This document shows positions 39,701 through 53,600 of a stretch of DNA of 64,000 nucleotides, in pieces (position 1 is the stretch's first letter; every line of letters begins with the position of its first letter). Source of the DNA: Perna viridis (Eukaryota); contig CM074511.1 of assembly GCA_037379345.1 (NCBI GenBank), forward strand, positions 37,082,862 through 37,146,861. The letters run 5' to 3'. The position numbers were made by a program, and so were the translations under genes. The notes below the pieces were generated by a model that did not search any database, was not told the DNA's origin, and saw only the letters and a program-made list of their open reading frames with translations.

Positions 39701-42700
39701 TCAAAATACTTTCTTGGTGCAGTGTTCTTATTTTCTCTTAAAACTGCCAAATCAATCTTGACAATTGGTTACTTGTCCTGATGGCAAACCATGAACCTGT
39801 TTTTTTTCTGAATGTTTGTTCTTTTAAGAATTTAATCAAGATTTTATTAAAATGTTCCAGAAGTTATTCTTATAACTTATCAACAAACTTGAGATGATTT
39901 ATAAACTTGCACTTAGGAATCCATCCCACAGTCTTCTTATTTTAAAAGCAGCCATTATTCAACTGTGATATTCATTCCCAAGTCTTCACTGAATGCATGT
40001 TTAGTGTCATCATTGAGGAAGCATTCAAGAAAATTCAACTTAATGCCCTGACAGGAGAACATTTTTGGATAATTACTTTACACTGTGTTTATGTTGCCCA
40101 TTTTTCAGGTAAATAAAAGATGGATTTCACATTGCCATGACATCATTAGAACATCAAGATGTCTTTATCATCAGACTCTGATTACAGCTAGTAATATAGT
40201 TATCGTCAGGTAATAGAAGTGGTCTTCCCTTGATTGAATGACCATTACCTCATGAATTAGGTGATTACCATTTAATCAATCCCTTAGGTCAGTCTGCAGC
40301 CCCCTTTTGAACTTCGTAGACCCCCCCCCCCACCACTGGAAGTCTAGTTTAGATTTTTGCTGTAACAGTTAAAATGTAGTGCAGATTTTTAGCAAAAACA
40401 TAGTTTGCTCCAATGATACTTATAATAATGAATAGATTAATTAATTTTAGCTGTAAATAAATCAATTTATTGGGTTTATTGTTTTCCTTGGCTGAAGTGC
40501 TGATGTCTTGACTCAATGAAGCAACTGGTGCTATACAGTGAAACAACTATCGTAGTAGATACGAGACACATAGAATTTTGGCATGAATACTTAAACATAG
40601 TGAATGAGACCTCACTCATTATACAGACTTGTTTATTTCTTATAATAGAGATCAGTAGTTACTCATGTTATGGTGGGGAACCTGTCAAAATACCAATTCT
40701 TTGATTCCAAACAAATAAAACCTGTTTTATCTATTAAATCAAACGATGTCTCTATATGTTCTATGTTTTAGTCAGTTTTTTGTTGGCCCTTGTTGGCTGG
40801 AATATTGAGTTGAAATGGTTGATCTTGTCCTATGCTGAATGCTTTATGGCCATTGTCAGTCTGAATATTGAATTGAAATGTTTTATACTGTCTTGAATGT
40901 GTTGAATAATTGAATGATCTGAATGACATATGAAAAGAAGGATTAGTGTTCTTGAATTGTATTGAATGACCTTTCAATACATGGAAATTAATCGTAATGG
41001 AATAATTACTTTCAGTGTGATTGGATTATTGTCTTTAGGTTGTCATGTTCTGTGTCATACATGTAGTGGTTGGATATAGAATGTAGCAGGTTTTAGAAGG
41101 TAAGGTAGTATTGTCATTGTTTATAGCATAATGAATGGTGTAAATGGAAAATACACTGTTTGATTTCTATATTCTTGTGTTAATTCTGAAGATGTTTGTA
41201 AGATATGAAATGAGTAATGAACCACTGTGCAACATTCGAATATGTCATTGATCCAGAAGTTAAATGTAAGAAATGGAACCTATTTTTCAGGCTGTTACTA
41301 TATTTTGAGAGCCTCTGGGAAGATTACTTGTTGTAAACTTAAGGCTTTATGGGTTTTATAAGAATCAGTGCCTTTTTTTACCCAGTTAGAGGTTCCCTGC
41401 CGAAATTTCAATACAGTTTTCCAATCAACTGGAACAATATTCATTAATACCTTTGTATAACCTCATATGGTACCAAACAAGAGAGTTTACTTGGTTACAA
41501 GAATCCCAATATAGAATGGGAATGTATTCATTGTCCACTTGCTTACTATTATTTAATTAAGGAAGTCTGGAAATCATTATTTTATGATCTTATTTAATAT
41601 ACAAGACAAGTTTCTGACTTGAAGGTGATGATATATACGGCTATGATGATACCAGGCGATTCTAAAGTAGACAAACTTCTTTTACAATGCTTCAATTTTA
41701 AACTCAAAATTCTTAAAATATTGTTGCATTAGCTTTCTTTAGTCATTATTTTGTCAAAAACAATTAAATCCTGGCTCCATGTTGCATAATGGCACCTTAC
41801 TTTTTTAACCTTTGTTTTTCATTTTAGAAGGTTAGCTGTCTGTATCCCTGTTCTGTTCACAGTTGGCTCTAGCTTAGAAGTAATTAAAATCCTCATTAAG
41901 GGCATTATTTAATCAACTTCAATTTAGAACCAGTCTACTCAAGTATTTTTCTGTATTGTATTTGACTGGATTGGTTTTGACTCTTCCAACAAATTGCTTA
42001 ATTGAGTTAAGTGCAAATTATATTTGTATATTCTAAGCACTATTAATTGGCTCCTTTGAGAAAGACTGAGATTTTAGTTAAATTACATATTGATTTTGAA
42101 GAGTAAGAATAGGCTTCTAAATTGTTTTTTATTTTTATGCCAGATCTGATCGTTTCATTGACATCTTTGTTTATGCTACTTAACTTTCCAGCTGTCATCT
42201 GTGATTTTCCACAATATTGATGGTTAGTCACAGTTAGAAATCAAGTCTATAAAATTGAGTCAGGCATACATTTTAATCTAGTAAAAGGAATTTTCAAGTT
42301 CTTCGATTTTGAGTCATATGGTTACTACATTTTATTGAAATTTATCATTATGTATCGACAGAAAAAATAAGTCTTAAATAGTATAGAAGTATTGATGAAA
42401 GGATTAGCCCTATTGTAGTGGACCATTGTTTCTATGCATTTTATTTCAGTAAGGGACACTGTAATTTACTACTGCATCTATAACATTTCCCAATGAGTCA
42501 CTTCTACCAATTTTCTGCAGTGGTAGGTTTTCTAAGTACTAGATTAAATCATGTATGAATGAATTGTACGATAATTTTATTGACAGTTCATGATTTAGTC
42601 TTCAGAAATTTGAATTGGAATTAGCATTAGTTATGGTATTTCCTCTCTGTTTCAAGTTTCCACTGGTGAATGAATGAAACTATTATTTTGGCTTGACCTG

Positions 42701-45024
42701 GTACCTAAAGAGTAATGTGATATTGATGTATGAATTGCATGAATGAGTGATGCATTGTACAGGAACAAGCAAGCATAGGTAAACTAGGAAATGTAGAATC
42801 TGAATATTTTTCTGATTTTTATGTACTTTTCTGACTGTCAGATGTGAAAGTAATTTATGACAAAACATGACTGGTTATTGAAATTAAGCAAGAAGATTCT
42901 GGTATAACTGGTCTCTTATGCTTATGCTTATTCTTTTTCATTTGCTTATGTATTCAATTAACATGGAAATTTGGAAAATAACACCTTGTACACTGTTCTT
43001 ATACCAATACATTACTAAGTTAGGTATCTACATATAAGCATTTGCTTAGATGTTATATAAGTAAATCTTTATGTCATGAAGCTATCTTCTACTTGTTCTA
43101 TGATTGTATTTAACTGAGTTCCTGGTCACTCCATTTGGCAGAAAGTATCCATCAGCTATAGTTAGATGAAAGTGTTAAAATGCACTACATACAATACATG
43201 CAGTGAACAATAGTGCATTTATATCAAAAGTCAAGTGCACCTTTAACTGTATGTGCACCTATAACTGGATTTGTACAATAATGTCCAAGCTGCTGCATGA
43301 AAGCAGAACATATTATCCCCAAATCTTCTTGAATGTACACTTTCTTCTATAGAAAACGACCTTTGAATTGAAAATTACCCCTATTAGTGTAATGAATTTG
43401 CTTTTTAATCTACAAGGCAAGCTGCCACTGCCTGAGTTTTGTATTGATGTTTGTTGAATAAGTTATCAATGAGATTACCAGATTTCTGACATTAAGAAAA
43501 AAGTTGTAGCTTATCAAAAGGGTTAATGACAAGGCCATATGTTGTAATCTGGGTTATACAGATCATACAAAAAATCTGTTCCCAAACTCATTATTTATTC
43601 CTAAGGTTAGTAAATGTGCAACACAATGTGCACAGCTGATGAAATGGCTTTATGACACTGGGTGTTGAGGGTCATGTATACATGCTAGAAGGACCATATT
43701 TAATGTAGTTATTGGACCTTGCAATTATTGGGAAAGTGAAAAAAATTTGAAAGCATTTGTAATGGAATAGAAGTGATGTGGAGAAAATCAGAACAAAGTC
43801 ATGAAATACTCATACTCTAAAGCAAGTAAAAAAGACACCAACTGTAAAACAATGCCAATCATCTATAAGGTGCCACCTTTATTTCCCAGGCTTCATTCAA
43901 ACATGAACCTAAAAATAATAACTGATATGACTAACACACTGAACTCAGTGCAGGTGCAATAAAATTTAGTGGGCTTAATATACGTTGGTGACCCATTCAA
44001 TGGCAATACATAGATGTGCAATCAAAGATCATGTTCAACATGTTAATGCTTCTTATACCCCACCATGTGAAGTGATACCTCAGAAAAGTTTCCAAGTTGT
44101 TTAGTATCATAAAATACAGATTAAAATCAATATTCAGTAAAATCCAAAATGTATTTTTTGAATTCTGTTATTTAAACATTTTGCCATCCCCCTTTTTCAG
44201 CATTACATGGTAGGAATCTCTTGATGTTCCATTAATACCCAATTTTTGGATACTATAAGAAGTATGCTAAGATGCCTACTATATCTCAGTTATTTCCCTT
44301 TGTTGCAAGATTTTTTGGTAAAAGAAATATACACAAATTACATGATGGTTACTTGAATTACATAAGTGGTAAGGGATAGCTTTATAGGGAAAATATGTTT
44401 TGACTGCAATATGCTAAGATTGACAGAAATTACTAATAAAACATCCATAAACTAGATAAACTGTGAAGTTTATAGGCCTCTCAAATTTTCCAGTAGCAGC
44501 ATGTTCACCATTAACTTCTGAGCTGAGGTTAAAGGAATGTATATGCTTTCTTTCACATCAAAAGTTGATACTCCAGATATTAATGGCTGGTGACATATAG
44601 AATGATTGGTATATTAGATAAAGTTATACAATTTGGCCATGAAAAGACACATGGTACTCTTACTCCTATTGGAACCATATGTACATCCAGATAAGTTCAG
44701 AATTTTGCACATGTGTTGGGATCTTGCCGTCTCCAAATTTGACAAGTTATGGATAACTTGATGCTGGATATCTTGTAGAGAGATGCAATAGATCATAATT
44801 TTTAACATGTCTCTGGCATTTTTATCACTGGGATTTATCTTGATAAAGAGTTGTGGTAAGTTTTATTTTTTGTTAAAAAAAAAATTTAAATCCTCGAAAA
44901 AGTTAAGATTATAATCATTTATTTCTCAAGTTTAGGAGGTATGATTAAAAATCCAATTAGAGAGGAAAAAAACTTGACAATGAAGAAAAAACAGTAGAAA
45001 ATGACTAAACTACCTACAAAAATA

Positions 45025-45186
45025 CATTGAAATCTGTCAAAACCAAAACCATTACAATTTGTGCAGGTTAAACACGTGTTTTCTTTACCAAGGTTCAAAA
45101 TACACTTAAACTGCAGGGATTTAAAAAAGTTTTTTTTTAAATAGATTTTCCAGTTTATTCAGGGTTTGGTTTAGACAGTTTTCCAT
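45025..45186. mobile_element. TA-flanked MITE, family copy 2 (degraded)
   Basis: ta|CATTGAAATCTGTCAAAACC ... GGTTTAGACAGTTTTCCA. The internal caaggttcaaaatacacttaaactg is shared with copies 1 and 3. Confidence 0.65.
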
Positions 45187-48100
45187 ATACATACAACTAT
45201 AAACTATAAACACCAAATGAAAAAGCTATCGTATTATCATATTTTTGTTTATACTTCTGTTTTGTTGCTTGTCTCACTTGAATCTTGAATCATACTATGC
45301 AAGTTGCCAAAGTCTAGTATAACCTATGAAGAAAGTTGGCTTCTCAAGAAACCACTTTTAAATGATCAGATCAGTAAAAACCTCAGTCATTCTCTATGTT
45401 TTTCAACAACATAAATCAAATTGATAGTATGAATTAAAAGTTTGCTGACTATCTAACACGAGAATCTCCCTGAAAAATACATAATGATGGGGAAAAAGGC
45501 AAAGATTTCATAGATCATATGCAGAGGTGAGAATAATATGTGTTAGGAAATAGTTGGAACTTTCATAGTCTGACATTGTTACAGTGGTTTAAATTAAAGC
45601 TGATCCTCGATTTGGGAAACACAATATCTGATGCAGGACCTTAAAATTCCATTTACCTGGACCTACTATACTTTACAGTCACTCCTATTGAGAACTTTTC
45701 ACTTACTTCTGGTGGACATTTAATTTTAGGATGCAAAAAATTCCAGGACTTTTCACTCATGAAAGTATATTTGAACCTTTGTGTTAAATCAGAACTTTTG
45801 AATTTAGATTTTCTCCTTGGTATGGCCTTTTTACAATAGTTACAAGCTTGTATTGTTTGTTGCAAGTCAGATGTCCTAATACAGTGGATGCTTTCCTACT
45901 GTAAATTTTTCATCAAATTTTTAACATATTCAGAGTATCTTATTTGCCTTCTTCATTTTTCCCCTTCATTATTCCCTGTTGTACTTGTAGCTATGCTGTT
46001 TTGGATGATTTTGATAAGATTTATCATGAATTTGTCTTGAACTGTAAAGTTTTAGTTATATGGCATAATTCAAAACAATCTGATATTGAATGATTCATAA
46101 AATGACACATAATTACTGAATGTTCTCTGCAATTTCACACCTAAAATCCTCTACATCAGAAAACTCATGTACCACTATACAAAATGCACCATTTCTTACA
46201 AAAATTGTGGCAATTTTCTAATCTAAATTGTTATGCATGCTGGATAATTTTATGGACTGTTGATGGTAGATTTGGTTATTACATAAATGGATTGAGCAAT
46301 AAAATCTCCTGTTCAGCTGTGATGGCATGTGTTTCATAAAGTATGAGGAAGAGGCTCTTGAGTTTGGTCAGACAGGTGTACATATTGAAATCCTGACTAA
46401 CTTATTAAACAGTCTGATTAGGGTCAGTGTTTTCTCATTTCTTATCTTTCAGGTTTATTTTCAGTAAATGGAGAAAGTATGTTGCACTCCATAGCTCTGT
46501 GTTATTTCATCAAGTCAGTGCATGGATATTTGAAGAATTAACACCTTGTCATTCCCTGTATAGAGGATTAGGTGGGGAAGTATTCACTACATGTGTTTCT
46601 GAAACTGACTAAGATTAGGTTCAAAATCATTAAATGTTGTTTAATATTTATAGTTCATTGTATGGTACACTGTTTCATATTATATACTGGTACAGAATCT
46701 GACAATGTGTTTGTTAGTACTTCTTATTCTACATACACTATTGCTTCATGTGAAGGTCCTTTTGAATATTGGAAAATGACAGGGAACATGGTATTCATTT
46801 TATTAATCCTATTAGTCTTCATTAAAACAAATGAATGTGTCTTACCAAACTAGATTATGATGGCAGTAATTGTTTTTTGAAAATATGCAATTTTTATGCG
46901 CCTGCCTCATTATATCTCTTTATTAATTTATCAAACTTGAAAATTTTGCTTTGTTGTATGCCCTTAACGCACTCACTATTCAATAAAATGGTCTGTTAAG
47001 TCTCTTTACTGACTATTAGGTCACACAAAAAGAACATATTAACAAAGTTGGCAGTAAAGATTGTTCAATTATATTAATAATTGACCACATGTCAGTTTGT
47101 TTACAAACATTTACTGCTCAAGGGGAGATAACTCTAATTTTATTTTGGAAACTGAAGAAAATATTTATTTTGAACATTAATTTCCCATTACTCCATCAAA
47201 TAAATATATTATACCTGTTTTATGTAAATTTTTTGCACTCTTTGGGTCTCATCTTGCTAATTACTTAGCTGCTGAGTCAGATAGTTTGCAGTATAACTGA
47301 CATCTATGCTTTCCCATTATCCACATCCGGTAAACTCTAGAACAAATATTTTTTCTCAAACATTTAAAATTATTTATGTTGATTTTGTTAAGTGGGACAT
47401 GTGTTTTCATTTAATAAGGTAATAAAGTAAGGCTATTTATTTAAAACGTGTCACTTTTGTGTAAACTGATATTTTGTACCTAAAAATTTAAACAAGACAT
47501 GATTAATTTCTAGTTTATTGAAAAAGCATGCCTAGCAGTAATAGAAATACTTGGTATTCAGTCATAAATTTCATTGTGTTTATGTTTTTCTGTTTTCTAA
47601 ATAAATGCAATATTATAGAAATATAATTGAAGTGTTTACATTTTCAAAACTTGTGATTTTAAAAATTTATTAGCGATTACAAAGCTTTTAAAAAAGAACT
47701 ACCATAATCTACTGTAGATTACTCCTGAATGTTGCATAAAGAGTTATGAAAAGGGAAAAAGATATTTTCATTTGGATATTAAGTATTAATATTGAACCAT
47801 TTAATAATGAATATTTCTACTGGTATAGCCTGATCAATAAATGATCTTTCTTTCAATTTAAGGTTATAAGCACTTTAAGTTTCAGAGTTAATTTTTTTTC
47901 CCTTTTCTTTAGTGGAAGTTAAAGAATGACTACAATGTATTTCTTCATTTTTTCTTTTGGGAAAAACTGTTGATCTGATATGATTTTACTTTGTAAAAAC
48001 TTCCTTTCATCTCAATACATTGAATAGTTATTTCTTTAAAAAAATCATGAAAACAATTTATCAAATAGACCATTTTGTCGTGTTCTTACAGTTTTAGAGG

Positions 48101-49960
48101 TTGTGTAACTTTTAAAAATTAGTTATTAAAATATTTTGTCCAATCAATCAAAGGGAGTAGGAGGAATAAGGGCTAGAATAAAAGTTTTGATCAGTGATTT
48201 ATTTCTCTGGTTGTTAGTTCTATTTTTGCTTGCATCTTTTGAAAAAAAAATGAAAATTTATTTTTGAATAATGCTCATCCAGGAATAGGTTTCATTGGTT
48301 TAAGGTCCTGCCTATTTTTTTTTCTTCTGAATTAATACTGCACCTAAAAAAGCAAATGACTTCCCCTCTAGACACAGAATGGAAGATGAAAACTATCCCA
48401 ACATTTACAATGTTAGTTTGATGCAAAAGCATCTTGAAAATTCTGTATATGTGAGAATCAGAGAACACTTTACCCTTAGTGTAACCGGGGTATGTATGAG
48501 TATAAAACAAGTTATATTTTATTCTGTGAACTAAAATAACCAACTGTTTTAATTATTAGTTTATCAAATTCATCACATACAGTTATATCTTAACAGTTCC
48601 TGATGGTTATAATATCGTCATCATTATATTAATGAAATTGGTTTTTTTTTCACTTTCTTTGTTAAGATGTATTTTGTAAATTAATCATTATTATTTTATC
48701 TTATTGAATAGAGTTATCTCCCTTTGAATAGTGTTGTCATGGATTCTGAATACAAAGAGTATCATTAGTAAATATTATTGAGTAAATAAAGTGTCACTTT
48801 ATTGGATAATTTGTTTAAAAAATGGCCATGACACAAAGAATTAATGGTTTAAAAAAAACAATGAATAATTGATAATTGTATTTTGTAATGATTGATGTCA
48901 TCATCAGATGTCAGGAAAAGTTGTTGTAAATTCAATTTTGAATTTTTTAAGAATAAAATACTATCTTTCTATTCCTTTATCATCAGATCATGCCATATTC
49001 TCAGAGTGTTATTTTACATTACAAGATTATTTCTTTTTTTTTTTTAAATTCAAGGTGAAGCTTCAGGAGTGAAATATATTTTGAAGTTCAAAGATTGCCA
49101 ATTGATTTCTAAAAAGTTTCTATAACAGTTTATCTAAGCAGACTCCTGGTGCCTACCTTGCTATCTGTACAGTCAAATATTTAGACTAGATCATTCAACC
49201 AGTAACAGAACTTTACTTCACTCTTCAGCAAAAACAAATGCAAGTAATTCTTGTTTAAATTACCCATTATATATCAAAAGCCAATTTAATGATTGTTTAT
49301 GATAAAATATTGCTTTTTGTTATGTTATTTATTTTATTTCTTTTAATGATCAAAAGCAGTTAGAATTGAATAAAAACCGTGTGACAGACAATTGTGATAT
49401 GGACCCTAAAAAAAGTAGCTGTCTTCCTTATGGTTGATAGACAGCTCTGCGTGTCTTATACATATTTCTTTAATGATGTGCAATATCTTGATTTTGGAAG
49501 TGGTTCACTCATGCATTTTTCATTGCATTTCGATAAGAGATCTTTTGACTTGTACTTGTTGATTGCAAAAAACTTCAGAGCAACATAAACAATAGATTAT
49601 TTGATATATTTTAGTAGTTTCTTTTGCTTTTAAATTTTAGTGTTAAAACATTCTTATGATGTCTTTGATTACTCTATTGAAGATGCTGTGTCATGCGCAG
49701 ACTTCAATCCCATTTTCTACAGAAGTTTTATTTCCAATATTCCATGACTTATAGATAGATCAGCTGATGTTGTCTGTAGCCCCTAACCAGCACATTCCTT
49801 GTACTATGAAAATTTCATTGCAATGTCTCTTTCAGCATTGAAGTATTATGTGTACAACTTCATATATTTTTTTCTCCATAAAACAGAATTGAGCTAGTCT
49901 TATTTTTCATAGTTAGATGTTAGTCAGCAGTAGCTGGTCTTTTTTTAGTTCTTGAAAGGG

Positions 49961-50620
49961 TTTTATAATTCCTGTAAACAAAGCTTGGGCTTATTTAGGA
50001 ATCAGGTTTTTAATCTGTCTGTCTGTCAGGTTGTTTGTCTAAATATTTTAGAAGTGTAACTCCTTCTAAACCGTTGAATGGATTTCGACGGAATTTTAAA
50101 GGAAGATTGGAAAAGATATTTAAATGTGAATGAAGGAAGAAAATCGTTGTCTGATATGTGCAAAAATGGAGAGAATTCAATTTACGGCTTTTATGTATGA
50201 AAATCTTACAAACTTCTCCTAAACCATTCAAATGAATTAAATGAAATTTTAGAGGAAGGTTAGTCATCACAAGTAGATGAGCATGGAACATTATTTCCAA
50301 TGCCAGCAAAGGAGATATTCTACCATTAGTGTTCAACATTTTTCAATTCTAGCAACCCCAACATCTCAACCACTTGATTTAAACAACATTTTATAGCAAG
50401 GTGAGGTGTTAAAAATGATGTACATGCAGGAAGATGATTATTGTCCAGTGCCTGCAAAGGCTAAAATACGAACTGAATTGATATTCAGACATGCATGTAA
50501 GTGCAACTTCTCCTCAATAAATTTTTGGAGTTAGATGAAATTTCATAGGAAGGTTAGGAATTATGTTTAATGTACATGAATAAAATTTTAAACTAATGTT
50601 AGGTCACTACAAAAGGAAAT
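49961..50620 (+). mobile_element. HINE-like element with decayed ~150-bp internal tandem repeats
   Basis: A (tctg)n tract near 50014 is followed by aact(t/c)c..ctaaacc...gaaatttt..aggaag blocks at about 50054, 50211, 50368 and 50501. Confidence 0.6.
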
Positions 50621-53600
50621 TATCCGATCTAGTGATTTAGCATGATTTTAGTCTACTCTAATTTTTGGGTTAACCTTACAATATTTCTTGGTATGGTACA
50701 ACTTTGCTCTTATTGATACATGGGTTCTAGTTTATATTTTTTGGCTGAAGTGCTTTATACTTACTACTTTATTTGTCAAAGTATTAACAGAAATTTGATA
50801 TATGATTGGCTGGAGTTAGCTCTGTTTGTTTCATAGTGTTTCACAAATAGTGGCATTGAGCTTGATTTGGTATTTTCTTTGATTGGTGGACCTTTTACAA
50901 TTTAGATCATTGCTTGATTCAAAATATATATGAATAACTTTGTAAAGTGTCTGTCTTTGTCAATGTATTTGGTTAATTCAGGGGTTGGTTTATATAGGTC
51001 TCATTGTAAAATATATTGGTGCCTTGGTTGGAAAGGTTGACTGTTTAAGAACTAAGAAAGATTCCAAATTTTGGGTTTTAAAAGTGCATGATGATTACAG
51101 TTCTGCAGTTGACCCTTTAATAAATGAGCCAACACCTCTGTCCTACATGATCTTAAAAGAACATTAAGCTCTTTGAATGTGAGAACAAGATCAGAATTGT
51201 TTATCTGAAAATATACCATTGATGAGCTATTAGCATGTATTTGAACTGCAGTGGCAATAAAATATTTTGTCAGGAAAATACTCAAGGGTCACATTAGCAA
51301 GATTTTCTAAGTTCATGATAGATATACATGTAAAATAAATTAGATTGCACAAACTAAGAGTCATTACACTCTGATATGTAGGTATATACTGTCTTGTTTC
51401 ACCATTGTACCCATGGGTATTGCTGATGATGATTAAAAATGATGTTTTCATCAGCTTTCCTGTTCAGAGTTTCTTCATTTTGATGGGTCGATAAGTTACA
51501 CTGCTCATCGTCTTATTGATTAAAGTGCACAAAAATTGTTTATGGTATTAAAGCTGTGAAGCAGAGGTGTATATTTTGTATGAAATTACCATGCATTGTT
51601 TTCTGATGTCTTTCTGCATGCAATGTTCAAAATGACAAGAAGGCTGATAATTAGAACTATGAACTTCCTTGTGATGACACCTTGTCTCCTATGTCAGATT
51701 CCAGTAGGAAATAAGCTAAAAGAATTGTCTGAAATTAAGAAACAAATATGACTACTGTTAAAAGTTTGATTAAATATTTAATTCTCAACCAATAGTATTT
51801 AATTAGCTTTCATTTTGTTTTCATTCATCTGCCAAAAAAAGGTGTGCCCCTTTTTGCCCCAAAAAACGGTCTAAGAAATGATTCAGTTGGATTATTCAAC
51901 TTTGACTTTAAGATACTTCTAAAGTAAACTAACGAGGCCAAATCAGATGACCTCTGTTTCCTGTTGCATAAAAGAGGGTCCTTAAGTCAGGATTTTATTT
52001 TATATTATTTACTGATTTTTAAGCATCTTATTTACCACCCGGACCTTGTGGAAACCGAAAATTTATCACTATCTGTAAAATATTGGGTCATTTGTTGGTA
52101 CTTTTTGTTGTTTGTTATCTTGAAAATAATTCAGTTGGGTAACTGGAACAGAGGTATAATTTAATTTGGCCTTACTGATATTGTAATTCTGCCTGTAGCT
52201 ATAAAATTGAACTGAAAACAATGACAAAAAAGGACAGAGCTGGAATCATAAATGATTTTTCCTATGGCCAATATTTGAGTTAATGAATTTCAGCTCAAAG
52301 ATGAGAAAATTCTATGACTGAAGACTCTTCAAAGTTTTGACATGCAAAAAAATAACTGACTCATAGTTCTTTCTTATGTTGACAAACTTCCTTAAAATAA
52401 AAATATTACATCAGTTTGATTTGAATGGAAAAAAAATAAAGAAGTCTGCCTTTAAATATGCAAATTGAGAAACAGTCGTAATTAGATATTTAGAAAATAA
52501 CTTGTCATATGGTGTCTTAAAGGAATTCAAATCTGAGAGATATCGCTTTACATTTAATTTATCCCCTGAAGAAGACAAATAGTCCCAACAATATAAAAAC
52601 ATTTTTTGAAGAGATACCCTGTTATTTTCATCACTTTGTTTATCATAGACATTGAAGTTTAAAAAAGGCAACTTGAGAATGTTAGAGAGCATTTGTGATA
52701 TCCCAAGGGACATTACCTATGGGTGGTTGTACTTTAATGTTTTTTATATTTTATAGGTCAACATGTCCTTGGAGACGCCTGCAAAATTTAGTCAACTTTC
52801 ATGGTTGCACAATTACCATGATATGCAATAAATTAAAAAAGAAATTGTTGAGTCATAAACAGGAACTGTTTTGAAATGATGGGGCGGACAGGGGAGTACC
52901 TTTCTCCTTTATCCCACCCTTCTCTCCTATCTGCCACCCCTTTTCTACCTTTGTCCCTTTCCCCTGTCAGCCATCCCAGAAAAGAATGAATGTTTTACCT
53001 AATTCATCCAGCGCCTTTTCAATTTTATCCTTTTTGCAATAGTGCAACAAAAATGTTGAGAAGTAGTTTTTTTCTTCATTTGATAGGTTTTTGGCAGGAT
53101 ATGGAAAAATATATGAACTTTGATTCTCAAGTATTTATCTCTAGTGCAAGCTTTCAAAAAATAGATGTGAATTACTTCAGCTTCCAAAAGTAGAGCAATT
53201 TAGACAGTGAATAAGATATTGTCTTACTTGTTTTACCTATTTAAATGAAAGCCTATCTTTATGAATGGGTTACACATGGTGAGGTGAAACCCCATTTTTT
53301 ACACTCAGAATTACTTGAGAAATGAAGAGATCAAGTTTGAACAGAATCAGATGAACATTTGGACTTTATCCCAGATTTTGTAGAAGAATGAACTTTCTTA
53401 TCCAGTCCTTAGTGATCAATGTCTTTGAACCAGACTTCAAAAACAAAATTATCCTATCTAAGATATAGAGGTGTCCATATAATCCAACAATTGTTTATAA
53501 AGGATTTTATTTGGTGTTAAAACTTCCATTATGATGGTAAAGTTTAATCCATACTCAGATTCAATTGATCAAGGATATAAAAAAAAAGCAAAATTTTAGT

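Noticed and set aside
40784-40894. Two degenerate copies about 63 bp apart (tggcc.ttgt....gaatattga.ttgaaatg)
   Set aside because: This is an old local duplication with no further structure.
52757-52830. Strong acceptors at 16951, 21209, 27201 and 52757 as possible extra exons
   Set aside because: I found no convincing paired donor with an open in-phase frame.
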